From positions 62,001 to 126,000 of the forward strand of contig NIVC01001075.1 in NCBI GenBank assembly GCA_002269645.1: a stretch of 64,000 bases of DNA, in the 5' to 3' direction. Under the pieces are notes generated by a model. It was not told the DNA's origin, ran no database searches, and saw only the letters and a list, made by a program, of their open reading frames with translations. Positions within the stretch are counted from its first letter, which is position 1. Each line of letters begins with the position of its first letter. The translations under genes were made by a program, and so were the position numbers. Origin of the DNA: Macrostomum lignano. Taxonomy: Eukaryota. Shown one piece after another: positions 33,390 to 47,100 of this stretch.

Positions 33390-34300
33390 TCAAAATTCTT
33401 TAATGGAAAATAAGCATTCGGCAATCATTGAGCTACTGGATTGTGGCAACATGCCAATAGAAATTTCTAAAGTCCTAGGAATCACTAGAAAGACCCTTTA
33501 TGCAACAAAAAAGCTGTGGGTGTCCACTGATAATGTCAAGGTCACTCCCTCACTAGATATTGCCAAAAAGTAGTGAGGACCTAGCAGCTAATCATTGCTA
33601 TCAAGAACAAGGTCAAAATGAATCCTAAGTGTTCAATTTGAGGATTAGTGCATAAAAGTAGGATTTTGGATGCATTAATGAGGCACCTAGTCCATGAGGA
33701 TCTGGTATTAAAATCCTACAAGTGGAAAGTATATCATTACCTGCCAGAGCACGCAAATGCTGTACATGTCAAACAAATTGAAAGCTTTGCTATCATGACT
33801 TTAAGTCCAAGCCTCTTGAAACAGTCATCCTATTTAATGATAAGCATATAGACAAGTTTTGGTTGCCTTGCCAGAGACAGCAAGGATGTCAATCACAAAG
33901 CCAGGTCAGTTGAGAAAATCAAATTCTGTGATAGACTTCAAATGCTTGGTGTTGTAGCAAGTGATGGCCCAGTTGCTCCACTAGTTTTCCTAGAGTGCAA
34001 TAAGAGACTCAATGGAACAAAGTATATTGAGCTGCTCTGAGAGAGGATCTTTCCTTGAGCTTGTGTTGCATTTGGAGAGGCTTGGATCTGGCAGCAAGAT
34101 AGTATACTAGCACACATAGCTTGATAGACACAGGATTTTTTATGAATTGAAGCTCTTGATTTCTGGCCAAAGGAGCTCTGGCCACTTTATTCTTCTGATC
34201 TCTCACCTCTGGACTATAGCATCTGGCTACATTTGAAGGTCAAGGTTAGGCAACATATAAATGCTAAAGCTTTGTGATATTCTATTGTTGCACAATAGGG
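33390..34300 (+). mobile_element. Decayed Tc1/mariner-superfamily transposase remnant (maT/Bmmar-like)
   Basis: Fragments across stops and frameshifts: HTH-like IIELLDCGNMPIEISKVLGITRKTLY, MLGVVASDG, WQQDS.LAH, WP.YSSDLSPLDYSIW. TIRs not identified. Confidence 0.75.
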
Positions 34301-34559
34301 AAAATTGTCCCAATCCTTTGTAAAAAAGACTTGTGCTGCTTTTAGATTGTGACTGCTGCAGAAAGTTCTTACCTAAAATGAATAAACTATACTCAACAAC
34401 ATTAAAAAGTTGTCAACCTTTACCCTAGAAAGCAGTATCTTTTGACTAGCATCTATCACTTGGCCAACCATTTTGATATTTAAAAATGCTTGAAAAAAAA
34501 CAATGAAAACCGAGCAAAAGCTTTAATCAATCTAAATTCTCTGCTCTTTCCAATCCCTC

Positions 34560-35870
34560 ATTACTCAGCCTAGATCTGCTTTGCATGGTGCAAGTTGTAT
34601 CATTGAAATTCAATATTGAGTTAAAATTTACTGTATACTCTTGTTGGATTTCCATCCTCCAAATATTTGTACTTTCTGTTTTGCAATATAGCCTCACACT
34701 TTTCAGTTAGCCAACTCCCTTTGTCTACCATACTTTTCCCATACACTATCATAACCATTAATTTGCCATAGACATTTTAGCTACCCTGTTCTCTATATTA
34801 GTATAAATACAAGTTCAACATGCAGCTTTGGCCCTTCACCTCTTTTTTGCCCCACTAATCAATTACAATAAACTTGCTTCTATTAGATAATTTTCAACTT
34901 CAACAAATTGGTAACAAAGAATTAGCATTACCATGGTCATTATACAATCAACAAATGACCTATCTGGTGACCAGATCTAGTAGTCCCAGAATGACCACAG
35001 CACAGACTCTGCTGAAATAGCCATTGCCACAGAGTAGTTGCATATTGAAGCCAGTGACCCACCACTAGCTGCTTTAGCAACTACAATATCTGCTCTTTTT
35101 CTGCTTATTCCACAAATACAATCCCTGCAGCAGCTCCCACTACCTCTGTTGACATCAATGCCCTCCTAACCACAATGACTGCCATGATACAACAAAACCA
35201 ACTGCTTATACAATAGCTTGATGCTAATGCCCATCTTGCCCCAACATCAACATCATTGTCTGTTACCAGCAACTGCAATCTAATTGCTCTCATCTGCTTT
35301 ATTGTTCTTTCAAAGGTTTATTTTCCAACATTCAATGGTATAGACCTAGCTACATTCCCTAGATTCTAGGAGACATTCTTTCACCATGTCAACAGCATTG
35401 CAGTCAATAACATTGATAAGTTTGAGGCATTCCACAGTCTTCTCTCTGGCTTGGCACTCTAGAAGCTTGGCACCCTTGATGCTTGCTAGCCCAATGCCTA
35501 TGCAGAAGCCTGCTGCATCCTCCTGGCCAAATATACCGATGCCCAAGAGCAGAAAAAATTCCATTCTAGTGCATTTTTGCTCTCCATTGCAGCTCCACTC
35601 CAACCTAGATAAGCTCAATAATTTCACCAACACCATTTGTCTCATTACCAGCTAGCTATTCCGCCTAAGTAAGCTTGTTTGCACCATGGATAGCCATGTC
35701 TATGCACTCTAAAACTGCCTCCTGCTCAAGTACTACACCAAAATCTGGAATATTCATATTGCCAATGGGCTGCCCCTTGTGTTTACCATGGCCCAGCTCC
35801 AAGGCCACCTCGACTGCAAGCTGAAGATGCCCAAAGCCACTTTTTTTAAACTGATTTAAACTGAACTGCA
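34560..35870 (-). mobile_element. Highly decayed LINE remnant (CR1/L2-like ORF1 and APE region)
   Basis: Minus-strand KKRGEGPKLHV resembles the APE motif xRGGGVALYV, preceded by ORF1-like fragments; many stops. Confidence 0.35.
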
Positions 35871-37646
35871 CAAGATAAATTGAACTATGAAATTGAAACT
35901 TTGAAATTGTTTAATTCTGTCACTCTTTTGAGCCTTAGTTTGACAATATATAGTTTTCTAAGTTCTAAGTTATTTTTTAATATTAAAAAAGTATAAAAAA
36001 CCTACTTTAATCATTTTATAATATAATATCATATTATAACTATTTTATTTCAAATGAAAAAATAATTTAGCAAACAAAAGAGGAAAATTACTTGCCTATT
36101 TGACTAGCAAAAGAATTAGATATAAGCTAGCTAATTACTAGAGCTAGAGTACAACCAGTGGTGGGACTGAGGCGCGAATTCGCGCCTGGCGCAAATTTCA
36201 GTAAAGATGGTGCGAATACACGATTTTTCAGGTGTGGCGCAGATTTTGAGGCGTGAATGGCGCGGATTTATATTTAGTGTGTGCGGTTTATGCTGCAACT
36301 TCATTTTCTTTCAAGTGTGGCTCTGGGCTTGTATCGAGCAAGATGTATGAACGGTTGCATTCTTAGCTTCCCTACAGAACATAAATATAACTCCACTAGC
36401 TCTGTTTTTTTGCACAAAATATAGTGTGGAGACTCGCTAGGAGGTAACTACAAGGTAGGTAGGTATGTAGGCATATGTAGAGACAGGAAGAAGGCTTCTA
36501 GCATAGATCTTAGAGCTTTGTTGAATCCTTTCAGCGGCGCTCTGCGCCAAGTTAGACGCTATTGCTTGCTAACAGGCCGGCCATGTCAATGGCCCGCCGC
36601 GCTGTGGTACTACATCCGGTCCCGCTCGAGGTGCCAGCATCCAGCTGAAGATCCCGATTGTCGCTGACATCGGACATCTGAAGGTCATCTGTAGTTCACC
36701 TGAACTTGTAGCCTGAAGAACCTGAAGAGTCTGAAGATCACTTGAAGGGCCTGAAGTATGCCTGAAGATCACTTGAAGGGCCTGAAATATGCCTGAAGTT
36801 CACCTGAAGATTGCCTGACTAATTCGGAATCTATGGACTTAGGGACCTTCAATCTACGACGTTAGAATAATTGACCGGAGTATTAATGACGGAATTGCAA
36901 CATGTCTATGACACCTAAACTCTCTCTGCATTGTCTCTAGAGGTTATTCATTTATTAACTTTTATTAGGATTGTGACAGAGCAGCTCTTGAAGAATTGTG
37001 TCTAGCAATCTTAATTGGTGGCAGCTACTACCGCTCTTTGATTGATAGCAGTGATCAGTAAGTGAGACCTAGTGGGTAAGTTTGGACACCAGTGAGCCTT
37101 AGACATTAGCCATGTACCACTGCTCAGAATAGGGCAACAGTCAGAGAGACCATCTCGGGGAACAGTAGAGTGGGAATTAATAAGCCCTACGGAGCAGAGC
37201 ATCTCATTGGAGACAGTCGGTTGGATTGAAGCCGACCAGACCAGAGTCATAACAATAGTATCAAGTAGTATGCACCATAGTCAATAGTAATAATCCAAAA
37301 CCATAGCTATCTTGGTCAATGACTAGACTACATTCCCGAAGATGTTCTAGGACTGTGGTAGTGGCACAGTAGTTTGACGCTTTAAGCAACCTCTACGGAC
37401 CATCTGTATTGTACACAAGTTTATAGCCTATAGGGATGCGGGCTATGTGGCTCATTAGTATCAGGAGTCGTACTGTGGATTCTAACAGTAATTCCTAGAT
37501 TGTAGAGCGTAGGCACAGACAGGCTTTAATATCGCTTTACGATCTTTTGGACTATTTAGTTATTTTTCTGTGTTTATCAACTCCCCCATATTGTTTTTCA
37601 GCTGCAAAAAAGCAATCAAGGTGCGGTTTTAAACAAACAATACGCA

Positions 37647-39300
37647 ATGGCAAAGAATGTTCGGTGGAATGATGCATGGTTGCTGGAAAAAGATGAAAAC
37701 GGAGATTCTATCGGCCAATGGGCTCGTAAGAAAGGCGATTTAAAAGCTGCCTGCACATGGTGCAAAACTGATTTCTTTTTCTACAGTGGTGTTACGAATT
37801 TCAAGAGTCATTCTATGTCCGGAAAGCATCGGGCAGTGTCCATGGCACATAAAAGCAGCAGCTTGCTGAGAGAGTTGCTAGTAGGTGCAAGGCCAAGTGG
37901 ACTCAGTGGAGATAAGCCAAACAACCTGGATCTTGGACATGGAGGTGGCGGTGACTCGGCAAGGACGGCTGAAATTAGATGTGTTGCCAGAATTGTGCTG
38001 AAAAACCGGAGTTTCGAGTTGGAGGACGACATAGTAGAGGATCTGTGTGCTATTTGTCCAGACTCCAAGGTTCCTCCTGCAATGCAGCTGCACTGATCCA
38101 AGATTTCGTATCTTGTGACGCATGGCTTATTTCCCTATTTGAAGGACGTAGTGCTGGACGATATCAAGACATCCGGCTACTTCTCTCTGCAACTTGACGA
38201 GGCAAACAAGAAAGGAAAGTATCTTGGCATAGTACTGCGCTACGTGTCTAACCAGTGTGAAAACCAGCAGCAGCTTAAGGTGGAGACCGTCTGCATCGAC
38301 TTGCCTTCACTTTCCTCAACCACTGCAGAGGACATCGCATCTGCTGTAACGGACACGATTGCCAAATGTGGCCTGGACAAGTCAAACTGTGTGGGACTGA
38401 TGACCGACAGCTGCAACACCATGCATGGAGCCAAAAGCGGTATGGTAGTGCGTCTGCACAAGGTGCTACCCAACATAATCGACATAGGCGGATACAGCTT
38501 GCATCATATTCATAATGCAGCTAGTTACGCTTGCGACGCTTCTGAGTTGGGTATCCGCGTGGAAACATTGGTCCGCAATGTTTACTGCCATTTCAATTCT
38601 CCACCACAGACTGTGATAAGCTGCATGCTATCGCCACTGAGTTTGACAAAATTAAAAAGCTTGTCTTCCTTTGGCCTATTGAAACTAGATGGCTTCAGCT
38701 CCTGTCTGTTGTGCAGCGCGTGCTACGACTTCTTCTGGAGCAAAGTTGCCACTGCTGGCAACCGCCCTCTACTGATGCGCATAGCACGAGTGTTAGCTGT
38801 CTTGCCTCATGGCAATGCTGAAGTTGAGCGTATTTTTAGTAACTTAAACAATGTTGTGACGAAAAAACGCTCCAGCCTGGGACCGCAGACCATCAAGGCA
38901 CTCGTTGTTTCGCGGTCCTGCCTACAGACAAACATTGGTCAGCTGCTACACTGCCAGTCTCCTTGAGGCTGAAGAATTTGTGCGCCAGTGCTGCTGCTGC
39001 ATATCGGCGACGACTGGAAGAGGAGAAGGCTGCGGACGAACAGGGGAAGCAAGAGGAGCTCGAGAAGCGAGTTTTGATGGAGCTGCAAAATGAGAAGAGT
39101 GCCAGCAAGGTGTATGGTGACTTGGAAAAGTCTATCAATGCGACAGCAGATGCGATCAAGCAGAAGCAGAAACAGCGAGATGATGCTCAGCGGCTGTTGT
39201 CAGAGTCTTCAAAGGTCAAGGAAGCAAGTGACCAGGAGCTCAAAGAACTACGGCAGCAATAAGAGAAGCTGCAACGAAAGAAGATGAAGGAGTCTGAGAA
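37647..39300 (+). pseudogene. Defective hAT transposase
   Basis: BED finger (CTWC..HSMSGKH), FSLQLDE, LMTDSCNTM, HHIHNA, ETRWL (shifted frame), dimerisation motif LPHGNAEVERIFS. In-frame TGA at 38094, frameshifts, and an apparent internal deletion near 38725. Confidence 0.88.
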
Positions 39301-40105
39301 ACTGGTGCAAAGCATTCTCAAGTGACGGGCTGTTGAGCAGTTGGTGTCAACTCCTCTGCCTGCAGGTATTATGCAGAAAAAGTTTAGACAATTGATGTGC
39401 ACTTCATGCAATCATGCTCCATGTGACTCCATGCTACTGTGTTTAGAACTGGTTATCACAGTGAATTTAATGCGCATATAAGTAGGAAAAAAATTTCTTA
39501 TCATCTTATTCGGTGGTATGTAAAAGATGGAGCGGATCGAATCTACATTGGATCTAGGGATAAGCGAAATTTAGTGTTAAAGTCGATTTTTTTCTCAAAA
39601 GTCAAATAAGCAAGAAAGCAGATGCCATTTTATGTAAAGAACTGTTAAGTGCCAATACGAAGAATGTTTTTAAATATTTGTTATTATACCAGGGTACTTT
39701 TGACTGATCTGTGGTCCCATTACTTTCAATGTACGGATGGATCCGTATTCTATACCAATCTGATCTGCTTTGTCTTTTACATACAACCTCTTATTCTGCT
39801 TCTTTTGCTACGAGCCTGAACCACGAATACTGAAACTTCTGAAAGTGAGTGAGAGGACTTGTGTTTCACGAAAAAAGTATATCTACTTTGCAACAATGAC
39901 AAATAAACGTGATACTCTGTCAAAACTTCATTAAAAGTGTCCACTTCATTCATTAGAGTAAATTCGTAAGATTGTAATTTACGATATTAAAAAATATTTA
40001 TAATAGACCATTAATTAACTATACGCTCGTAACAAGGGACCCCAAGGCTGCATAAAAGGAAATTTAGTAGTGCGGGGCACTGGGCAGAAAATTTCGGATG
40101 GCATG

Positions 40106-40672
40106 TGTAGTAGGGCATTATTTTTAGGAACGGGAAATTTTGTGGGTTTAAATATGCTTTTACCCTACTATCAGTAGTTTCAACCCGGGGAAATAATTAG
40201 CGCGGGGGTAAGTGGATAAAATCGGGGTTCCTTTAGAAATACAGAGCAGTTGGGCTCTTGGGAAAGAAAGCCTTTCGTTGGAGTGTCTTCTCCTGTTTAA
40301 CTCAGAGAGTTCACGCAGAAGTGGTAAGAAAGGGAAATATAAGGGTTAGGCTTGCACAGAGGAGTCTTGCCTCTAAAATACTGGGAGTCTTGCCCAAAGC
40401 ACTATAGCGGGAATAAGGAGTTAATGTAAAACAAAACTAACTTTTGTACCGTAATTTACTTTTATTAAATATTTTTTTGTGTTAACTAAGTCTAAATTGG
40501 TGTCCTGACTCAGTTCTTTAAAACTACAGCTAGAATTAGGGAACAGCAGGAACCTGGTGGCAGCGAAACTACCAAATCTCAAATCAGTGCAGCAGACAAT
40601 AATCCACTAGTAAAATCCTTAGCAGCAAATAGAAAACCAGTAGCCGAAACCGCAGGTACCACGACTTGTCCA
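40106..40672 (+). repeat. 5' LTR (567 bp)
   Basis: TGTAGTAGGG...CTTGTCCA, duplicated at 49865-50432. Confidence 0.97.
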
Positions 40673-40674
40673 AT

Positions 40675-40693
40675 TGGTGGCAGCGGTGGGATT
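40675..40693 (+). promoter_or_regulatory. Primer-binding site complementary to the 3' end of tRNA-Leu
   Basis: TGGTGGCAGCGGTGGGATT, 2 nt after the LTR. Confidence 0.9.
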
Positions 40694-41128
40694 AGAATAC
40701 CCGAGAAGCGCAAATACATTAGACTGGAGCTTAGGATTAGTAAGGGATTAACGGATTAACTCCTATGTGCTGAAATTAGAACTAAAACTAACACAAAATT
40801 ATTAATTAGGTTCTAAATTAGAGATTAATGTACATAGTCAGTTGGTCTAAGATTGTCTAATCACAGATTAACGGATTAACGGATTAGGAACGGATTAACG
40901 CTCCTGAAAGGAATTCTAACTTAGTTTCTTCGCTAGAAGATTAGTAAGGTCTCAATTAAGACCAGAAGTAAGGCGGAAGTAATAAAACTAGAGTCACTGC
41001 TGTTTTATTAACTAAAGTCTTACCATTAGGCAATTTAGCAGCTAAATTCGGAGTCTTGCCAATTTAACTGACCAAAATTATTAAACCAGAAGCGTTAATT
41101 CTAGAATCCAACCTAAACTTAAACTAAT

Positions 41129-44100
41129 ATGGAAGCTAATGACGTAGTAGAAGCACTGGCTGAAGGCATTAGAGACAGGCTAGACATTAGGAAACATATT
41201 AGGATCCAAAAGTACACGCCTAATCAGGATATAGACGTGTGGATTCAAGCTTTTGAGCAGAGGTGTATCGCAGATGAGATACTAGCAGCTGAGTGGATGA
41301 ATGAGCTACTGTCTAACTTAGATGTTCAGTCAGCGTTCGCTATCGTGACAAGGCTAAATTTAGATCCTAATCTAGAATATGCAGAATTTAAGGATAGGCT
41401 AATCGAGCAGTTTACGCATGTAGGTAGTGCTCAAGAAGCTAGGGAAGAGTTCCGTAGTAGGTTCCAGTGCAAAACTGAAAGCACTGATGACTACGCTGAG
41501 AAGCTAACAGAGCTACCTTGGTAGCATGCAGGGCGTTTCCCCATCTAACTGCTGGAACTGCTGAGACAGGAAGGTGGTGGAACAATTTATTAGAGGTGTT
41601 AGGGTTGCTCCAGAGACTAGAGAGAAGCTACTGCTAGCTCAGGTAAACTCGCTTCAAGAGACACGTCGAGTCTTGCGACGTATCGAAATGGCGTACGCTA
41701 TGTCTCGCCGAGGTAGAGACCCGCAGCAGTGTAAGGCAACTGGAGGAGACGAGGCTGAGAACGGCTTGAAGGAATTAGTCCGCAAACAGGGTGAGGCGCT
41801 AGAGAATCAGCAGAAGGTGCTTCAGGAGTTACTCCGACACCATCAGAATGTTGAGCAAAAGGTCAAGCAGCAGCAGCAACCGTCAGGTCAGCAGCAGCAA
41901 GGCCAGAATCAGCAGAGGCGTCCACCAGTGACGTGCAACAGATGTGGCAAGCTAGGTCACTTAGCTAAGAATTGTAAACAGCCACATCCGCAGAACCAGC
42001 ATAGGTACCCGGCTCAGCAGCAGATGCATAGCAGAAGGATGCATAGCAGCAGCAGAAGGCTAAGATCCACCGAGGACCAGCTGCTGAGGCTGACGCAAGC
42101 GATGGAAGACGCATTCCAGATGGGGGAGAAAGGAGTGCTGGCCCTTTTTGACTTTGAGAGGGCCTTCGATAAAGTGTGGAGACATGGGCTGCTTTGGAAG
42201 ATGCTTGAGCAAGGCCTGAGCACGAAGTTGGTGAAGTGGGTTAGAAGTTAGCTGGAAAACCGGATGGCCAGAGTGAGGTATCAGGACAGAGATAGCGCAG
42301 GCGTGGTTATGAGGCAGGGGCTGCCGCAGGGATCGGTGCTGTCGCCGATCTTGTTTATCATCTTTATTAACGATCTGCTGCAGAGGATTGAGGGAATGCC
42401 GAACATGGAGGTGAGTGGCTTCGCGGATGACCTACGCATGCTGGTCGTGTAGCAAAGACGAGGCGGAAGCAGCCAGCAGCATCAAACAGGCGGTCGGTGT
42501 GGTGCAGGAGTGGAGTGCGCAATGGAGGCTACCAATAGCGGCCAAGAAATGTACGCTTACCTTGTTTGTGCTGAGTAGCAAGTGCAAAGAGCCGAAGCAG
42601 ATCAGCATCAGAATCAACGGAGAAGAAATGGAGTGGGTGTCTCACCCCATGTTCCTAGGAGTGACCTACGATAGGAGGCTGAGTTTTGCAAAGCACGTGC
42701 AAGAGGTGGCTAAAGCTTGTAAAAGCAGATTACAGATAATGAGACGGCTGGCCGGAAGTGACTGGGGATGGAGAAGTGGGTTCCTCAGGCAGACGTACGT
42801 GGCCCTCATCGAGAGTAAAATTATGTATGGGGCCACGGCATGGATGCCATGGATCAGCAGAGCGTGCTGGCACAAGCTTGAGGTGACGCAGCGCAGAGCA
42901 ACCAGAATAATCGGTGGGCTGCTCGCCACGACCCCCATCGACGGAGTCAGGGAAGAGTCGGGAACGGATGAGCTGGAGGCGCTGGCAAGATGGCGGGTTG
43001 TGAGGAAGATGGATAGGCTGATGAGAGCGAAAGAGGGTTCGATTAGATGGAGGCTTGCAACCGAAGGACCGGTCAGTAGGCTCAGAAGGGACAGCTGGAT
43101 GACCTGGGCGCGCAGATACCTGCCAGAATGGGAAGTCGACCTGCCGAGGCTGTCGGAGGCGGAAAAGGAACCACCATGGATCAAGCTACGACACGTGGTA
43201 TTCGATGACGAGGGAGGAAGGCCAGACACGAAGGAGGAATGCAGGAGGATGGGAGAGAGCAGGATAAGAGCGGCTTGCGACGGAGCGGACATATTGATTT
43301 TCACGGATGGTTCGGTTGATAAGTGAGGCAAAGGAGGGGGAAGCGTGGTGGTGACGAAGTACGATAACGGCGCGGTGGTCGAGAGGCAAATGGTGGCCGG
43401 CGGACAGCTCGCGTCCTCGATGCAGGCGGAGCTGTACGCGTTGAAGGAGGCAATCAGATGGCTGGCGATTAAAAACAACTGGCACAAAGCTGTGATTGCG
43501 ACAGACAGCAAAAGCGGGATCCAATCTATAAAAAAGACCAGCAAGAACTCGATCGTCTGCAGCATTAGAAAAGCGCTGAGCGAGATGGAAGGGCGGGAGA
43601 TGGTGATGCTGTGGATACCGAGCCACTGCGGGATCGTAGGGAACGAAGTGGCGGACGAATGGGCTAATCGAGCGGTCAGGGAAGTGAGCAATGAAGGAAT
43701 TGGAGTCATGGCGAGCACGATGGCGAGGATGGCGAGGAGGCGGAGTAGAAGGAAGGTGTGGAGGCACGAGAGGATGAGGGCAACGTACGGCGGCTCGGAG
43801 GGACCAAGGAAAGAACCGGAGTTCACGAGCAGGAAGGAGGAGGTTAGTTTTAGAAGATGGCGTACGGGACACTCGCTGGAGCTGGCAGCGTTTAGAAAGA
43901 GAATCGGGCTGCAGCAGGATGGAAATTGCAGGCAGTGTGGCATGGAGGAGGAGACCATCGAGCACGTGGTGGCCTGCCCGGTTCTGGACAGCTGCTGGAG
44001 GGGATGGAGTGGTGGAAGAGGAAACCACCGGAAAGCAGCTAGACATCTACAACAACAACAACAATAACGCAGCAGATGCAGCCGCAGTATCCGCAGCCAC

Positions 44101-44172
44101 ATTACCCTCAGAAGCAGAATTCGGGAAACGGAGTAGACGGAAGCGTCGGAGGCAACGCTTTCCAGCAGTAGA
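41129..44172 (+). pseudogene. gag: Gypsy gag with a CCHC knuckle, broken by two frameshifts and a LINE insertion
   Basis: Capsid-like helices and CNRCGKLGHLAKNC. Removing 42029-44080 restores the frame QQQMQPQYPQ...NSGNG. Confidence 0.88.
42029..44068 (+). mobile_element. 5'-truncated I-group (Ingi/Nimb-like) LINE with RT and RNase H, inserted in gag
   Basis: RSTEDQ, FDFERAFD, GLPQGSVLSP, FADD, LAGSDWG; RNase H IFTDGS..AELYAL..TDS..WIPSHCGIVGNEVAD; CxxC..H..C; (ACA)n tail; 12-bp TSD GCAGCAGATGCA at 42017-42028 and 44069-44080. Confidence 0.93.
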
Positions 44173-47100
44173 TCCCTCACAGTCTGTAGCCTCACAACCT
44201 GTAAATAGCAGCGATACTTTTTCTGTAACTAGTGAATTGAATTCTTCAGTGTATAACAGTACTCATGCGTAAACATTTAATCAATCATTTAATCAGCCAA
44301 ACATTTATTCTCAGCACTTTTCAAACGCACCACAGCAACAACCTTATTCTAGCAAGCAGCAGCTAAAACAACCAAAAATAATTGAACAAACTAAAAAGCA
44401 AAGTTACGATCCGTACATCACTGGCAGCATTTTAAATAAGGAAATAGTTTATCTATTAGACACTGGCAGTAAAAGAAATATCTTAGGACGCGAAACCTGG
44501 AAGCATCTTTTCACTGGCAAGAATAGGCATCTAATTAAGCATTGGGACAATAGAATTGTTTCCTTTATGGAAGACCCTATTCCAATTAAAGGTTTCGTAG
44601 TTATTAAGGCAACATTTGGCGATTTCGAGGAAGAATTTGAGTTTCTCTTATGTGACGCAGATGTAGACAATGTAATAGGTGTGACGTTTGTCCAAAAATA
44701 TTGTACTACTATTGACTTCGATGCAGGAATGCTGACCATGAAACAAGGAACTAGAATTCCGCTTCGATCAACCAGAGCTAAGCCTCAGGTTAGGAGAATC
44801 TATGTCGCAGAAAAGACGACAGTTCCAGCCAATAGTTCAGGATTAGTCAAAGTCAGATTAGCAGCAGGTAGTGAAACTAATTTTGGAGTGCCATCAGTTG
44901 TTGAGCCACTCAGATCAGGATTGAAGACTAGAGCAGAGAAAGTAACCGTAGTGCCAAGTTTAGTAACTCTAAGACAAGGGGAAGCTTATTTAGAAGTAAT
45001 TAACACCAGTTCACAGGAAGCTAGAGTACCAGCATCAGCATTAGTTGGGATGGCTAAACCACTCTTAGCTAGCGAGCTTAACTATCTGAAGGAACAGCCA
45101 GAAGAAGAGCAGAATAAGAGCATGCAGTCTTGCGGAAGCAGAGAAAAGATCAGTCAGGTACAGGAGAAGTCAGAAGACTGGATTAGTGAAATCAACATAG
45201 GAACTGAACTGACTCAGGAACAGAGACAGAAGGTGATCGAGGTCGTCAAGGAACATTCAGCAGCTTTCTCGCAGCACGAGTTAGACTTAGGCAGAACGCA
45301 TTTAGTCACACATGAAATTATCTTGAAGGATAACAACCCAGTTCAGATACCAGCTAGGAAGATTCCACCTCATTGGATTAAGGAGGTAGATGAGCAGTTA
45401 GATCTCATGTTGGCTAGAGGCATCATTAGGCCTAGTTACTCGCAGTACTCGACTCCATTAGTCATAGTACCTAAGAAAGACGGTTCGCTGAGATTAGTTA
45501 ACGTTCGACTATCGAGCACTAAACAATAAATCGGAGTACTTTCCGTATCCAATAACTAATATCAATGAAACATTTTCATGTCTCCATGGAGCCAGTCAAT
45601 TTTCTACGTTAGATTTATTTTCGGGATATTATCAGATAGCTCTTAGGGAAGAAGATAAGTGCAAGACTAGCTTTCCAACTTTACATCGAGGCTCGTTTGA
45701 GTACGAAGTATTGCCAATGGGATTGCAAGGAGCCCCAGGAACTTTTCAAAGGTGCATGAACTTAGTTCTTAAGGACATTGCACAGAAGTTCGCCATAGCT
45801 TACTTAGACATTGTAATAGTTTATAGTGCAGACTTTGAATCGCATTTAGAACACCTAAAAGAAGTGCTCAAGAGACTAATACAAGCTAACATGAAACTAA
45901 AGGCTAAGAAATGTCACCTTTTCAAATCAGAATTACAATATCTAGGACACGTCATAGGCAAATCAGGAATTAAGAGAGATGCGTCGAAATTAGAATCAAT
46001 TAGGAACTGGCCGAAACCTAAATCTGTGACAGAGCTTCGAAGTTTTCTCGGACTCTGTAATTACTATAGAAAATTCGTTAGAGATTTTGCCGAGGTAGCA
46101 GCACCACTCTGTGAGTTAACTAAGAAGAACATCAAATGTATCCAGGACAAATGGACCAGGATTCATGATGAATGCTTCGAATTGTTGAAGGAACGGATGT
46201 GTTCCGAAGAAGTGCTTGCTTACCCAGAGTTCAATACAGACCCCCAAGTTTATTTTGTGTTAGACACTGATGCATCAGATGTCAGAATTGGGGCGGTCTT
46301 GGGTCAAGTTCAGAGCGACGGCATGGAAGGACCGATCGCGTATTATAGTCGGAGGATGAGGCAGTCAGAAACTGGATGTCCGATTACGAGGAAGGAGCTT
46401 CTAGCGATTGTTGACTCGCTGAAGTACTTTAGATTTTGCCTCGTAGGAAAACATTTTAAGGTGCGCACTGATCACAATGCCCTAACCTGGTTGCTTCGCC
46501 AAACCGAACAGACAGGCATTTTGGGTCGTTGGATCGAAAGACTTTCCGGATTTGATTTTGAGATGGAGCATGGGAGTGGCCCTGAACATGTGAGTGCTGA
46601 CGCTCTGTCCGGGATCCCTGGTCCTCAGCCGGAAGAGATGTCCCCACATGCCAGGTCGCTAAGCTGTAGGGCAACTGTGAATACAGACCCAGCATCAGCT
46701 TGTACTGTCAGCTCAGGCAATTCCGCGTTCGCTGAAACCTGTAGCTCGAGCAATGGAGTTCCGTCATGCTGTTCGTCACAAGACACTGTCACGAACCGAC
46801 ACAATACTCCGATCTTTAGTAGCAGTAGGCTAGACAATAGACAGGGACAGGAGCCTAAAACCGGAAATCCGCCTGCATGCAATGCCCTGCTCAGTGACTA
46901 TCTCCGTAGCCCAGTTCGCCGTGACCAATTGATCGCAGCACAGCTAGCCGATCCGGCGGTAGGCTTTGTTAGAAAATTAATTGAGAATGACTCGCCTAAA
47001 CCGACATTTCAAGAACGACTAGAGTTAACCCACGACTGTAGGAACCTCTTAGGTTACTACGAGTTGCTCAGAATTGAGGACGGTGTACTCAAAGTGGACT

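Noticed and set aside
43290-43700. Gypsy with a domesticated additional RNase H
   Set aside because: The RNase H belongs to a discrete LINE insertion with its own TSD and 3' tail, and it carries stops.
42666-44195. 509-aa minus-strand ORF
   Set aside because: Antisense shadow of the LINE ORF.
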